Of a DNA stretch of 50,916 nucleotides, positions 13,830 to 25,405 are shown piece after piece. The stretch spans positions 42,800-93,715 of the forward strand of contig NW_014040396.1 in assembly GCF_001186125.1 (NCBI RefSeq). The letters run 5' to 3'. The position numbers were made by a program, and so were the translations under genes. The stretch's first letter is position 1. Each line of letters opens with the position of its first letter. This DNA comes from Sphaeroforma arctica JP610 (lineage: Eukaryota). The notes below the pieces were generated by a model. It was not told the DNA's origin. It did not search any database and saw nothing but the letters and a program-made list of their open reading frames with translations.

Positions 13830-14051
13830 TGAAAAACCAATCTTTATTTTGAAAACCACCTAATTGTCCACAGTAGAGTCCCATACTCTACTGAGTACTG
13901 TCACATGTTCAGAATCTTGAATTTCTCAGTTCTTGTTCATGTCCAATTCGTTAAACGTATTCCAGTATTATTAATATAATCGTTAATACATTTATACATT
14001 AATAATATATGTTAACTGTGCAACTACTATTAGGAACCCGCTATTTTTACA
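13830..14051 (-). repeat. Truncated 5' LTR of element C
   Basis: Matches about 9185-9405. The inner part of the LTR, the PBS and most of gag are deleted. Confidence 0.9.
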
Positions 14052-14055
14052 GTAC

Positions 14056-15876
14056 TAGGTACTCCGATTTCTGAGTCGCCTCATTGTGGCGGTGTGATAT
14101 GATGTGCCGGAATGTCGATACCCTTCTCTCCAAAGTGACTCGTCTAGTTGTGGCTCCGTAGCCCGGTGAACTAGCCGAATATTCTCCACATTAACTGGGC
14201 GATCTCTGAGTTCCGGCGGTTTGCTGCCATCCTTGTCTCGTAGATGGTAACTCTGGTTCACACAACTATGAATTACATACGGACCCAGCAAAGGCTTCTT
14301 GGCTTTGGTAGTCGCTCCTTGTGCGAGTATCATGACAACGTCCCATGGCTTAAATTCAATTAAATCAAACTTCCGCATCTGGTCAATGGCCTCCGCCATA
14401 GCACCAGTGTACTTGATAGTTTTCTGATGAATTTTTGGCAGAATCGTCTTCTCAAGGTCATCCAATCGCTTAAGCCGTGCATCATTCGTGGTCGGAATAT
14501 GATCAGGTAAGTCATCAGTCATGTCCGCAAATGGAACATGGCGGCGCCCAAAGTAAACACTAAATGGTGTTGACTTGTGTCGACGTGATATCCGGAGGTT
14601 CTGGTAAAGCATAGTAAAAGGTAGGCGTTCATCCCACAATTCCGGACAGCCCACACAAAGCGCGCGCACACATATGTGAATTTCTTTGTGTCGGTGCTCT
14701 GCCGCACCCAATGTTTGAGGACAATATGGTTAAGATGTCTTGTGTATAATTCCGAGTGCTCGTGTTATAGACCTGACAATGTTGTTGAAAAATTCAGTCC
14801 GCTCATCACTCTGAATTTTCCGAGGAAAGCCACGCTCACCAAATACCGATACTTACTCTGTCGCCACCGTTTTAGCATTTTTTGCAGGCAGCGCCCGTAG
14901 AATAGAGTATCCGGATGCCACATCCAAGACATGTAGAATAAACTTGTTGCCTTTAGTAGATGTTATTGCCATCGGAATGAGATCCATTTGAATGTGATCC
15001 CAGGGATAACATGCCGTAATACTCATTAAAGGATGAAATCCTTTCTTCATAGTGCCATTACCTAAACATGTGCGACATAATTTCCGGTCCTCTTCCGTTA
15101 TTAGAAGCATTTGGTCCCATTTGTGTCCATAAGTTGACCACTGACGCCGACGTACGACGTTTGATCACCAATTCATATTCCCATTTATGTACCTGTTGCG
15201 TGACGTGTGGTTTGTACTTGTCTGACACAAAGTACCGTGTTTGTCGTCGAAGGCCCAAAAGTTTTTCGCGAGGTATGGGGAGGGATACTTCGCTGCCTGG
15301 TAGAGTTCATCGAGCCGCATCCAAAATGGTCTCGTTGGCATCTAAATACTGACGTAGTCGTTGCCGTAATCCTCAGGTTCGGATAAGTCTGGTGCCGTTC
15401 GAGTGTCGATCGGTTCGAGTAGCTCATCCATAACATTACGATTGATTTCTGGAAACGGAGTTGATAGACCAGTAAGACCTAAGCCCAATTCGCCCATAAT
15501 ATACATTCCCAGAATTACATCAATATTATCGGGTAAATTCATATGTTCAAACGTACAACCTGTAGCAGACTTTGTACCATATTGAACCGTCGTGGCGTGT
15601 GTCTTGCCAAGGCGCGGAGTGCGAAAAGCTTTGTCCGCTAAGTATATGTAACTGTCCTTAGCTGGTGGTGTAATAGACAGGTGCGCCATTGCTGCGGATG
15701 TCTGAGTAATAACGGAACGGTTCGCCCCCGTATCAATGAGTGTGCGCATGTCCGTTGACTTGTAACGTAACATATACCCGGTTGTCAGTAGGGAACAATT
15801 TATCTTTTACTGCAAATATTCGTGTTGCCGTTCGACCAAACGTCACGCACACGTTTAACTCAGACACCCCAACATC
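14056..15876 (-). pseudogene. pol: pol of element B: PR, then integrase; most of RT, RH and MTase deleted at about 15131
   Basis: LIDTGAN protease; RT N-terminus (SASVVNL) fused to the integrase Zn finger (GHKWDQML..CRTC); PWDHIQMD; LLGPY. Confidence 0.9.
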
Positions 15877-18329
15877 TCAATTTGAGCTTGGCTCATCTTC
15901 CCACTCGGCTGGACCTTGCTCGGCCTCCATCAACTCATTTTCACTGTCAACATACGACTCGTCGACCAAATCATGAATATGCATCACCTCACTCTCTCCT
16001 ACCTCATCTGGCGTCTGACCAGGCATCTGATCATCCCCATCCACGAGATTAACTCGAGCACGGAAGTTGTTACCCAACGCCTGTTGTGTGCGCGTGGATG
16101 TTCCCCCAGCCGATGTACGGTGTGGTGGCGCACCCCTACGTTGCGTATGGCTGCCCGTGTTCGTTGCTGTCGGTGCTCGCATTAACTTAGGGTAACGTGG
16201 TGCGTGTGCTGAGCCAGGAGGGAGATTCTGCTCACAGGACCGACATCGAGCCCTAGGGTTCGATGCTGGCGGTGCATGCGGATTAGCTCGTGTGTTGGCC
16301 TCCACACGTATTCGTGTGCATGAATGTGAACCCCCGGGGATTTGCAGTGGTCGGGAAGGTTTGCCCGACGGTGTTCTTCCGCCTTATCAATACTCACCCG
16401 AAATACATCACGCATTTGTGCCGCGGAATATTCTCGCCAATTAGGGTGCATACGAAGAATACCACGGTAATATGCACCCCCCGCAGCTTGATTGATTAGG
16501 TTGAGCATACCATGGTTGCGGTATACTTGTAGTGGATTCTCATACTGTCGCATCTCCATAAAGTCTACTTTGGTTCAAAATCACGAAGTTGTGTCTCTAG
16601 TGGCACCGAAGGATTTAACTTCACGCAAGCCAATACATTTCTGTGCGTTGTCCTCCAGATCTTGTTCGTGTGTGCGTACAATATAAGCAGTGGCGTCCTG
16701 AAACGACATGGACTGCAATTTTTGTTCGTTCTCCACAATAAAATCCAAAAGCGCCTTGGGTGCTCCTTCTTTCTGTAGTACCATATGTAGGCCCATCTGC
16801 ATATGAATCGGGTCTAATTTGTGAAATTTTGCATTCTTATCCCAATCCAAGATAAACACATGCAGCTGTATCTTCTGTGGATTATCCAAATAATAGCTGA
16901 CCTGTGGATTAGGTGGCCATTCCTTGGGTGACCGTTTATCTACCGTTATTGAGCAAGTCTTCAACGTCTCGTTAGACGTGCGAATTAAACCCTGCAACGA
17001 ACGAGCTTCCTCGGTGTGCCCCTCAGCTTCTGCTTGTATCATACGTTGGGTGAGAAAAGTCTTCAACGTCTCGTTAGACGTGCGAATTAAACCCTGCAAC
17101 GAACGAGCTTCCTCGGTGTGCCCCTCAGCTTCTGCTTGTATCATACGTTGGGTGAGAAGGAATACCTGCGTTTTCATCTCTGCCGCAGTAGATTCCGTCA
17201 TGAACGCCTCAGTAGGTGGTGATAACTTACATCGTTTCACATCCTGCGGGTCTTCTAGGTAGCGATCGTGGTGAACAGGAAAGTGCTTACGGTATGCAAG
17301 CGTATCGATAGATACATTTGCATTATCCTGTCAATTCTTCTTTCTTTCTTCTGGAGATTGCGGACGACGATGCTGTTGTAATTTGTTCCTGAATAAATTC
17401 GCTGCCACTTGACTGTGAGTAGGCTGTTGGCGTGGCGATTTCATCACTCTGCGAAATGCCTCAAAAGATCGCTTCGCCGATGATGACAAATTTCGAGGGG
17501 TAGCCATGTCCAAATGTAAGTCCGCTGGGTCCAAAAAATCTCTACCAGGTGATTTCACCAAAGTACTTGATTCCTGATACCAATCTAGACCATCAGCCGG
17601 CATCTCATCAGGAGTCGGAATTGTCTGGGCTCGATTTTGAGCGTTCTTCAGCAACCGCTCTCTACGCGTAACATGGACATTCTTGTAAGGAGCCACTTGA
17701 GGTACGGGCTTCGTGCGGCCAATACCGCGTTTCACCGGGCTAATTTGCTTCATGTCGATAGCCTCGCTGTCAGGTGATTTGTCGGTTGGTGTCAACTCTG
17801 CCTGTGTTGTGTATTGAGGAGCCCAATGTTGTTGCACTGTTGGTTCGGCCTCAGTCTCAGAAAAATCATCATTCACTGTTGTCTGGGTCGTGTCCTGGGG
17901 CATAGACGTGTCAATATCTGCCAGTGACAATTGACGGAGTTGGCGGAGTTGCTCTTGAATGAGGCGACTCATTTCCTTTGCCTCCTTTACATGCAGCAAC
18001 GTATTCAAGAGTCCTGCTTGATCCGCAATCCATGCTGGGGCTCGGCTAAGCCTACCCAAGGTTTGGATTGAGTACTGGGCCTCCAAAAGCAAATGTTATA
18101 ATTCCAAATGGATCCCCACCTTCTCGTCGTCGTCGGGTGCAGGTTTCTTGGCACGTGCTGTATCCACCTTATCGCATAGCTCGGTTAAATGGCGAATCGT
18201 TCCAAGCAACCGTTTCAGCAGCTGGTCACAGGGTAGCTTACCCACTGTAGGCAACGGTCTAGTCTCGGGTCCCGTCATTGTTGTAAAAAATAATTTTATA
18301 CTAAGTTGTTTCTTAGTTAATTTAACCAT
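15877..18329 (-). pseudogene. gag: gag-like ORF of element B (about 815 codons, frameshifted)
   Basis: Starts MVKLTKKQ 45 nt inside the 5' LTR edge; homologous to A gag; CRSCEQNLPPGSAH knuckle. Confidence 0.78.
16955..17158. repeat. Exact 102-bp (34-codon) tandem duplication in B gag
   Basis: LTQRMIQAEAEGHTEEARSLQGLIRTSNETLKT occurs twice; single copy in A. Confidence 0.9.
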
Positions 18330-18374
18330 GAAAGAACGCAGTATAATAAATACAGTAGTTCGGTCACATAAAAA

Positions 18375-18758
18375 TGTGGCCAAAACCAAGTAACACTTAA
18401 TAAGGAGTGTCAAGTCTGAAATAAGTGAACTCAGTCAGAAGTGCCGTTATGATCGGCGCGTCTGCTGTATTTATTAATCACGTTCCTATACGGGACGAGA
18501 TTTTCTCTAACAGCGGGTAATTATGAAAATGCCCGTATCTATGGTTTTCGTCTCCTGGTTACTAAATTAAGATGACACCTCTTGAGTCATCCATCTTTCA
18601 TATTAAATCCTCTGTCTTAATATTAGGTCCGGTCCCTCTGAGTCCGGTCCTGAAATATTCTACTTAGGTCCGGTCCTCTGGTCCGGTCCTAAAACTCCAC
18701 TTGTAGGTTGGGCCCTCTGGTCCAGTCCTAAATGTCCGTCCAGGGTACTTTGTCCACA
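18375..18758 (-). repeat. 5' LTR of element B (384 bp)
   Basis: Direct repeat of 4561-4944; contains about 40-bp GGTCCGGTCC subrepeats. Confidence 0.95.
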
Positions 18759-18762
18759 TGAC

Positions 18763-19643
18763 GAGGGCACCGAATTTGTAAACAATATTGTCAAATTCAT
18801 CATACGAGCGTTGGGCATTATACACAAGACGTCCCAACCATACCGCCCGCAGACGTTGGGTGCGGCGGAGCGCCGACATAAGGAAATCCACAAATGCGTG
18901 CGCGCATTGTGTGTTGGTTATCCGGAGTTATGGGATGAATGTCTACCGTTTACTATGTTATACCAGAGCCTTCGGATATCACTACGTCACAAGTCAGCAC
19001 CATTCAGCGTTTATTTTGGTCGACGACATGTCCCGTTTGCAAACATGACTGATGATTTACCTGGTCATATTCCTACCACGAATGATGCATGGTTAAAGAG
19101 GCTGGATGATTTGGAGAAGACTATCTTACCAAAACTTCATCAGAAAACGATTAAGTATACTGATGCCATGGCAGAGGCTACGGATCAAATGCGTAAATTT
19201 GATTTGATTGAATTTAAGACGGGGGACGTCGTCATGATACTCGCTCAGGGAGCAACGACCAAGCCATGAAAACACTCCTTGGTCCGTACGTGATTCATAG
19301 TCGGGAGAATCAGAGTTACCATCAACGAGCAAAGGATGGCAGCAAGTCGCCTGAGCTCAGAGACCGACCCGTGAATGTGGAGATTATTCGGCTTGTACAT
19401 CGGGCTACGGAACCACCACTTGATGAATCTCTATGGAGAGAGGGCGGTTCGACATTTCGACACATCATATCGCACCGTCATAATGAGGCGACTCAACAGT
19501 CGGAATATTTGGTACGCTGGTTGGAAGGATTTCCTACATGGGTGACAGCCGATGCCTTTGACGACCCCAACGTCGTGCCTGCACATCGCAAGCGGATTCA
19601 AACGCGTGAGAGTCGACGACAACGACGTCTGGTACAATGTTAG
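18763..19643 (+). pseudogene. pol: pol of element A, C-terminal part: integrase core, GPY motif, chromodomain
   Basis: EGTEFVN..PYRPQTLGAAERRH; LLGPY; HIISHR..EYLVRWLEGFPTWV chromodomain. Confidence 0.92.
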
Positions 19644-22600
19644 AGCAGTCTGGGTCGATGGTATGTCTGGCCGAGGTTGCGACCTTGCTGCGTGCATGGG
19701 GGATGACAACACATTCATATAACCAATAGTCGATGTTATTAGAGCAGTAATATTCTTTTAATAAAAGCTGTTATATATAGAGTAGATACCTGTATTAGAC
19801 TATATATGATGCACGAGCTGCACAGATCAATATTAGAAGACACATTGCTTACGTACATTACGATAAATAAACATGATACATATTCGACAACAACGGAAAT
19901 GATATAAGTGATTTGCTACATCATACACTATACGAAGACAACACGAACATATAAATATACAAGGGCGTACACTAGTGTCATAATAATATACGTGCAACAC
20001 TAATATAACAGACATCGAAACAAACAAACACACGACGCCAAACGTCGCTAAACACGAGCGGTGGTGGTGAGTGGCAAGTATATATATATGCTTAGGGTAC
20101 AGGCGAGCACCCTGTTGACTCCAACTCAGCGGCGAGCAACCCTGAGGACACGGCGCATTGAACTTTGCGCAGGCACTTTGAAGTCGGTGAGCAACCGCAA
20201 CCTCACTAGCGTGTTGCATGGCACTATCATAGTTGACAGAATAGACCGTGGGGTTATTTAGATGCTGAGAGTGCAGGCGAGCAACCTGTTGACTCTTACT
20301 CAGAGGTGGGCAACCCTGAGGACACGCCGCATTGAACTTTGCGCGAACACTTAAGAGTCGGTAGGAACCCGCAGCCTCAAGCGTGTTGCATAGTCGCTAT
20401 GAGTGGTGTTGATTTGAATCGCATTATTACGTACCCAACGATACCATGGGTAGCACTATTACGTAGACGGCGGAACGTGTACGACATTATTATGCAGCAG
20501 GCGGAACATGTGCGATGTGTTACGCAGGAGGCGATACATTGAGACACTATTACGTAGACGACGGAACCAGCAAAAACCTATTGGTGTGGCAGGCGGAACA
20601 TGTAAGGCGCTGTGACGGAGTCACGGAAAGCGTGCCCACCACGCGCATAGCATACATAACACTTCGAGTCATTAAGAACAAGAGTAGACCAGAGTAAATA
20701 GGTTTAATGGTATAATACGATATGGTCAGGAACAACAGGGAGTTGTCACTGATACCCAGGATTGGTGAGCGTCACATACAAGGGTGTCGCACGCGGTCAA
20801 CCCTGTGATGATAGAATAAAGAGGATAGTACAATGTTATTAGAGTCATTATATAGCATAGTGGCAACCGCCCGCACTATAGGCGGACGGGAGGCGAACAA
20901 TAATTGTTAACATTCATAAACGTTATGCTTTTAGTCATATGCGGGTACGTATATAAACACAAAAAACGGGGCCTAGAAATGGGCCTATTTTTATTTTTAT
21001 TTTTCAGAAAAACAATAAAAGTTTTCACAATACGTTTATTTTTATCGTTAACATTCGTAAACATACCATAACCAACATGTAACACATAACTAAAACACGG
21101 ATATCTCAGCAAATACACATGCTACACCGCTCAAAATTTTACATATATTAGAGGTCATGTGCGGTATAGATACATGGCTTCCGCTACACACAACACAACA
21201 GAGTCACTCGCATGCCTACACGAAATGTTGAGATCACATTCAATTGAATGTGATCTCATTTAATGAAAAAACATAATAATGTACGGNNNNNNNNNNNNNN
21301 NNNNNNNNNNNNNNNNNNNNNNNNNNNNNNNNNNNNNNNNNNNNNNNNNNNNNNNNNNNNNNNNNNNNNNNNNNNNNNNNNNNNNNNNNNNNNNNNNNNN
21401 NNNNNNNNNNNNNNNNNNNNNNNNNNNNNNNNNNNNNNNNNNNNNNNNNNNNNNNNNNNNNNNNNNNNNNNNNNNNNNNNNNNNNNNNNNNNNNNNNNNN
21501 NNNNNNNNNNNNNNNNNNNNNNNNNNNNNNNNNNNNNNNNNNNNNNNNNNNNNNNNNNNNNNNNNNNNNNNNNNNNNNNNNNNNNNNNNNNNNNNNNNNN
21601 NNNNNNNNNNNNNNNNNNNNNNNNNNNNNNNNNNNNNNNNNNNNNNNNNNNNNNNNNNNNNNNNNNNNNNNNNNNNNNNNNNNNNNNNNNNNNNNNNNNN
21701 NNNNNNNNNNNNNNNNNNNNNNNNNNNNNNNNNNNNNNNNNNNNNNNNNNNNNNNNNNNNNNNNNNNNNNNNNNNNNNNNNNNNNNNNNNNNNNNNNNNN
21801 NNNNNNNNNNNNNNNNNNNNNNNNNNNNNNNNNNNNNNNNNNNNNNNNNNNNNNNNNNNNNNNNNNNNNNNNNNNNNNNNNNNNNNNNNNNNNNNNNNNN
21901 NNNNNNNNNNNNNNNNNNNNNNNNNNNNNNNNNNNNNNNNNNNNNNNNNNNNNNNNNNNNNNNNNNNNNNNNNNNNNNNNNNNNNNNNNNNNNNNNNNNN
22001 NNNNNNNNNNNNNNNNNNNNNNNNNNNNNNNNNNNNNNNNNNNNNNNNNNNNNNNNNNNNNNNNNNNNNNNNNNNNNNNNNNNNNNNNNNNNNNNNNNCA
22101 TAACAACACTATACGTAGGATATGACATCATATAACAATACAAATGTCATGCAAGGAATTTAATTCAACAATTTTCGGAATTTTAATCACTACAACACGA
22201 TATGTCATACACATTCACACGGTATAATAGTTTTAATATATGAATGGGGGTAGAGACGTACGTAGACAGATATTAAAGCAAATACACATCTATAATACTA
22301 TACCATTACAAATATTAATTTAAATCGATTTAAAGATTTCACAATTATATAGACACTCCCAAGTATGTATACACGCCAAATACAACGCAAGACAATAGGA
22401 TAATACATATAATATATCGTTGGAACGTTAGACATTGATGAATCGAAAGCGATTTCATTACATTCACAACATACGAGCGAAATCGATCTTGTAATAAAAG
22501 ATCTACACACTTAACAACGTTATACACACACTGATACAGAAAGACAGATACCTTGGTTGTAATATAGCGGTGGTACACGACAGGTTATCCACTTCACGAA

Positions 22601-24070
22601 CTTGCAAATCACGGTATCAGGAATAAGGCCCCAGATACTCTTCTTTATGCAGGAATTAATGAACCATACACACACAAACGACGAGAACATTTAGGTGGTT
22701 TACACAGTTTGCTTCACAGTGGTTTGATACTACTTAGACAATAGAATACAAAAGGCACCAAAGGTTGACATAGCGTTTACAAAACGTTAAACGAAATACA
22801 TATATACACAGAGTTTGAATACTATAACGTATTGTTTAAACGTTTTACGGATTCGACAACAAGCAACACATAGTCAGACGCGAGACACGTGCCAAATTAG
22901 GATATATATATAGTGCACGACAATACGTTGTGCGAGACACAGAGGCTATTATAAATAGTGACCAATTTAAACCAATTATCGATAATAGTTGGAAATATGG
23001 GTCGTAATGTAATAAATATACTGTTAAATATGTATACGTATAAGGTATAAAAATAAGAATAAAACGACAGAGTGGATATTTACGACCATGGGTTTGATAT
23101 ATAAAATAAAAATACTAGGGATAATATTATTTATTTCAAGAAAAAAGATAAGCTACAAAGTACGAATGTTACAATGTATGAAGACATATGGTATGGCTCT
23201 CATAGCCGTTGTAGTGGTTCGGGAAAGATCGATGGGAAGAAGTGGTCAGTAAATTCCCGTTTGAAGCTTGGGCCAAGTGAGTCGACGATGGAGGATATGC
23301 GCTGAGTCATTTCGGACCGGTGCTGACAAAACACTGATACCATCGAATGTGTCATGTATTCGCTTGCTGACCTACTAAGTAGCGTACCCACCTCTGTGGT
23401 ACGGATCGAGTCTGCGCCGTGGAGTGCCGTGGAATGGGTTAGTGCAGAGTACGAAATACCGAGTAGGACCAGGTTATCCGTCATAATTCGGTCGAGGAGC
23501 AAGGATGGGGGGGTATGTGCTGTCTGGCCTGAGTCGGAAGTATCATAGGCGAGACCAACAAGCGCGATGATCGGTTTGAACCGAAATTTGGAAGTAGTAC
23601 TTCAACAGCGTGATTAGCCGGGGTATGGGGAATATCTGTTGATGTATCAGAGACGGGTGAGGGTACGGTGGTTCTTCTACATGCTGGAAAAAAGATCCAA
23701 GGTGTTCGTGGAGGGTCCAGATACCGTGGAAATCGTGGCACTCCTGTAATTGCTGGAGGAGGTCAGGGCCAATGGGCGGATAGTTTATTTATGATTTTAT
23801 TTTTATTACATTTGATAGATTTCCAACACGGATTTTATATATAGATAATTCAATACAAAACAGGTACTTTAGTCTGTTTACAGTTGCCTGGGTGATATTT
23901 TAGCCACAATTATTTACGACATATATAATATTTGATAAATAAGATATTCTAACGATGCAATAACTCCACGGTTCGTGTAGGATATTACCGTTATATTTTT
24001 ATCCATAAATTATCACAAAATTATGGCTTAAATAATCATTGAAAAATACCAGCACTCAACCTGGCGGGGC

Positions 24071-24487
24071 TGTGAACAAAGTACCGTGACGGGAATTTAG
24101 GACAGGACCAGAGAACCGGACTGACAAGAGGAATTTAGGACCGGACCAGAGGACCGAACCTAAGGGAAATATCTAGGACCGAATCAGAGACTCGGGCCTA
24201 AGAGGATTTTATTGAAGGGCGGACCCGAGGACTGGACTAGATAGGGGAATATATAAGTTAGTGAGAAAGAATGATGACTCATCAGATATTCATTATATAG
24301 TAACTAGGAGACCATAATCTTAGATACGGAGATTTTCACAATCTGCCGTTGTTAGAGAAAGTCTCGTCCCATATAGGAACGTGATTAATAAATACAGCAG
24401 ACGCGCCATTCATAACGGCACTTCTGACTGAGTTCACTTATTTTAGACTTAACACTCTTTATTGAGTATCGCTTGGTTTTGACTATA
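24071..24487 (+). repeat. 3' LTR of element A (about 417 bp)
   Basis: Diverged reverse complement of the B LTR with one extra subrepeat. Begins TGTGAACAAAGTACC and ends GGTTTTGACTATA (decayed GACCACA). Confidence 0.88.
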
Positions 24488-24770
24488 GCATCATTCACAA
24501 AGTTCATGACTACCAGGATATGAAAGATTCCATTGAAGACTTCCCATCCACGATCATTAGGGAGCAAGGGCGGTTAATTGTAAAGTGCTCATAAGAGGAT
24601 AGGCCCAGACTTTTACGCCTGAAGCGATAACAGTTCTCTATATAAATCATGTGACGAAAGATGCACAGGACGATAACAGCAAGACCTGTGATCGAGCTGC
24701 AACTATCTGTACACACAGAAGCACACAATTTTTATTTATTAGTCTAGCATACAATTTGCTAATCGTCACA

Positions 24771-25405
24771 CATCCATTTAATTGATTGTAGATTTGAGTT
24801 CCTGTTTAATATAGGTATACTGGCTGGCTAAACATAGTTTGGCAGTTTATCGCATATAGGTGTGAACTGGCATACGAGTACAGCAATTAGTTGAAAGATA
24901 TAAATACCTATGAAGATTAAGTAGTCACGCATCTATTTAATTGATTGTAGAATAGATTTGCTGTTTAATGCTTGTATACCGGCTGGCTAAACGCAGTTTG
25001 GCGGTTTATCGCATATAGATGTGAACTGGCGTACGAGTACAGCAACTAGTTGGAAGATATAAGTACTTATGAAGATTGAGTAGTTACGCATCTATCTAAT
25101 CGATTGTAGAACGGATTTGTTGTTTAATGCATACATACCGGCTGGCTAAACGCAGTTTGGCGGTTTATCGCATATAGGTGTGAACTGACGTACGAGTACA
25201 GCAAAAAGTTGGAAGATATAATTACATACTTATGAAGATTAAGTAGTCACGCATCTATTTAATTGATTGTAGAATGTACTTTCTCTTTAATACATGTATA
25301 CCCGCTGGCTTAACGCAGTTTGGCGGTTTATTGAATATGGGTGTAAACCATTGTACGAGTATTGCAAGTAGTTAGAAGATATAAATAATTCTGAAGATTA
25401 AGTAT
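24771..25405. repeat. Tandem repeat, four units of about 159-163 bp
   Basis: CATC(C/T)ATTTAATTGATTGTAG-like starts recur at 24771, 24930, 25089 and 25252. Confidence 0.9.

Larger units (their letters stand above)
8504..14051 (-). mobile_element. Ty3/Gypsy chromodomain LTR retrotransposon, element C (distinct family)
   Basis: TGTAAAA...TTTTACA termini, TSD GTAC at 8500-8503 and 14052-14055, PPT GAGGGGGGG-like next to the LTR at about 9409-9417, complete pol domain series. Confidence 0.95.
4561..18758 (-). mobile_element. Ty3/Gypsy LTR retrotransposon, element B (same family as A; internally deleted; interrupted by C)
   Basis: TG...CA LTR pair, 4-bp TSD TGAC at 4557-4560 and 18759-18762, and gag/PR/IN/chromo segments homologous to A. 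Confidence 0.95.
1..24487 (+). mobile_element. Ty3/Gypsy chromodomain LTR retrotransposon, element A (5' end outside window; interrupted by B at 4561-18758)
   Basis: Domain order gag-PR-RT-RH-MTase-IN-chromo. The integrase rejoins in frame across the insertion (KIQSD|EGTEFVN). Purine-rich CTGGCGGGGC precedes the 3' LTR at 24071. Confidence 0.92.

Noticed and set aside
16955..17158. 102-bp gag duplication as a functional repeat
   Set aside because: It is a perfect copy in an otherwise decayed ORF and is absent from A; recent slippage or an assembly artefact.
21240..22143. Long X-filled ORFs (also 25828-26211 and 46187-47407)
   Set aside because: Artefacts of assembly N-gaps.
1..24487. Classification as DIRS elements because of the MTase
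   Set aside because: Protease, DDE integrase, chromodomain, direct TG...CA LTRs and TSDs are present, and no tyrosine recombinase is seen.
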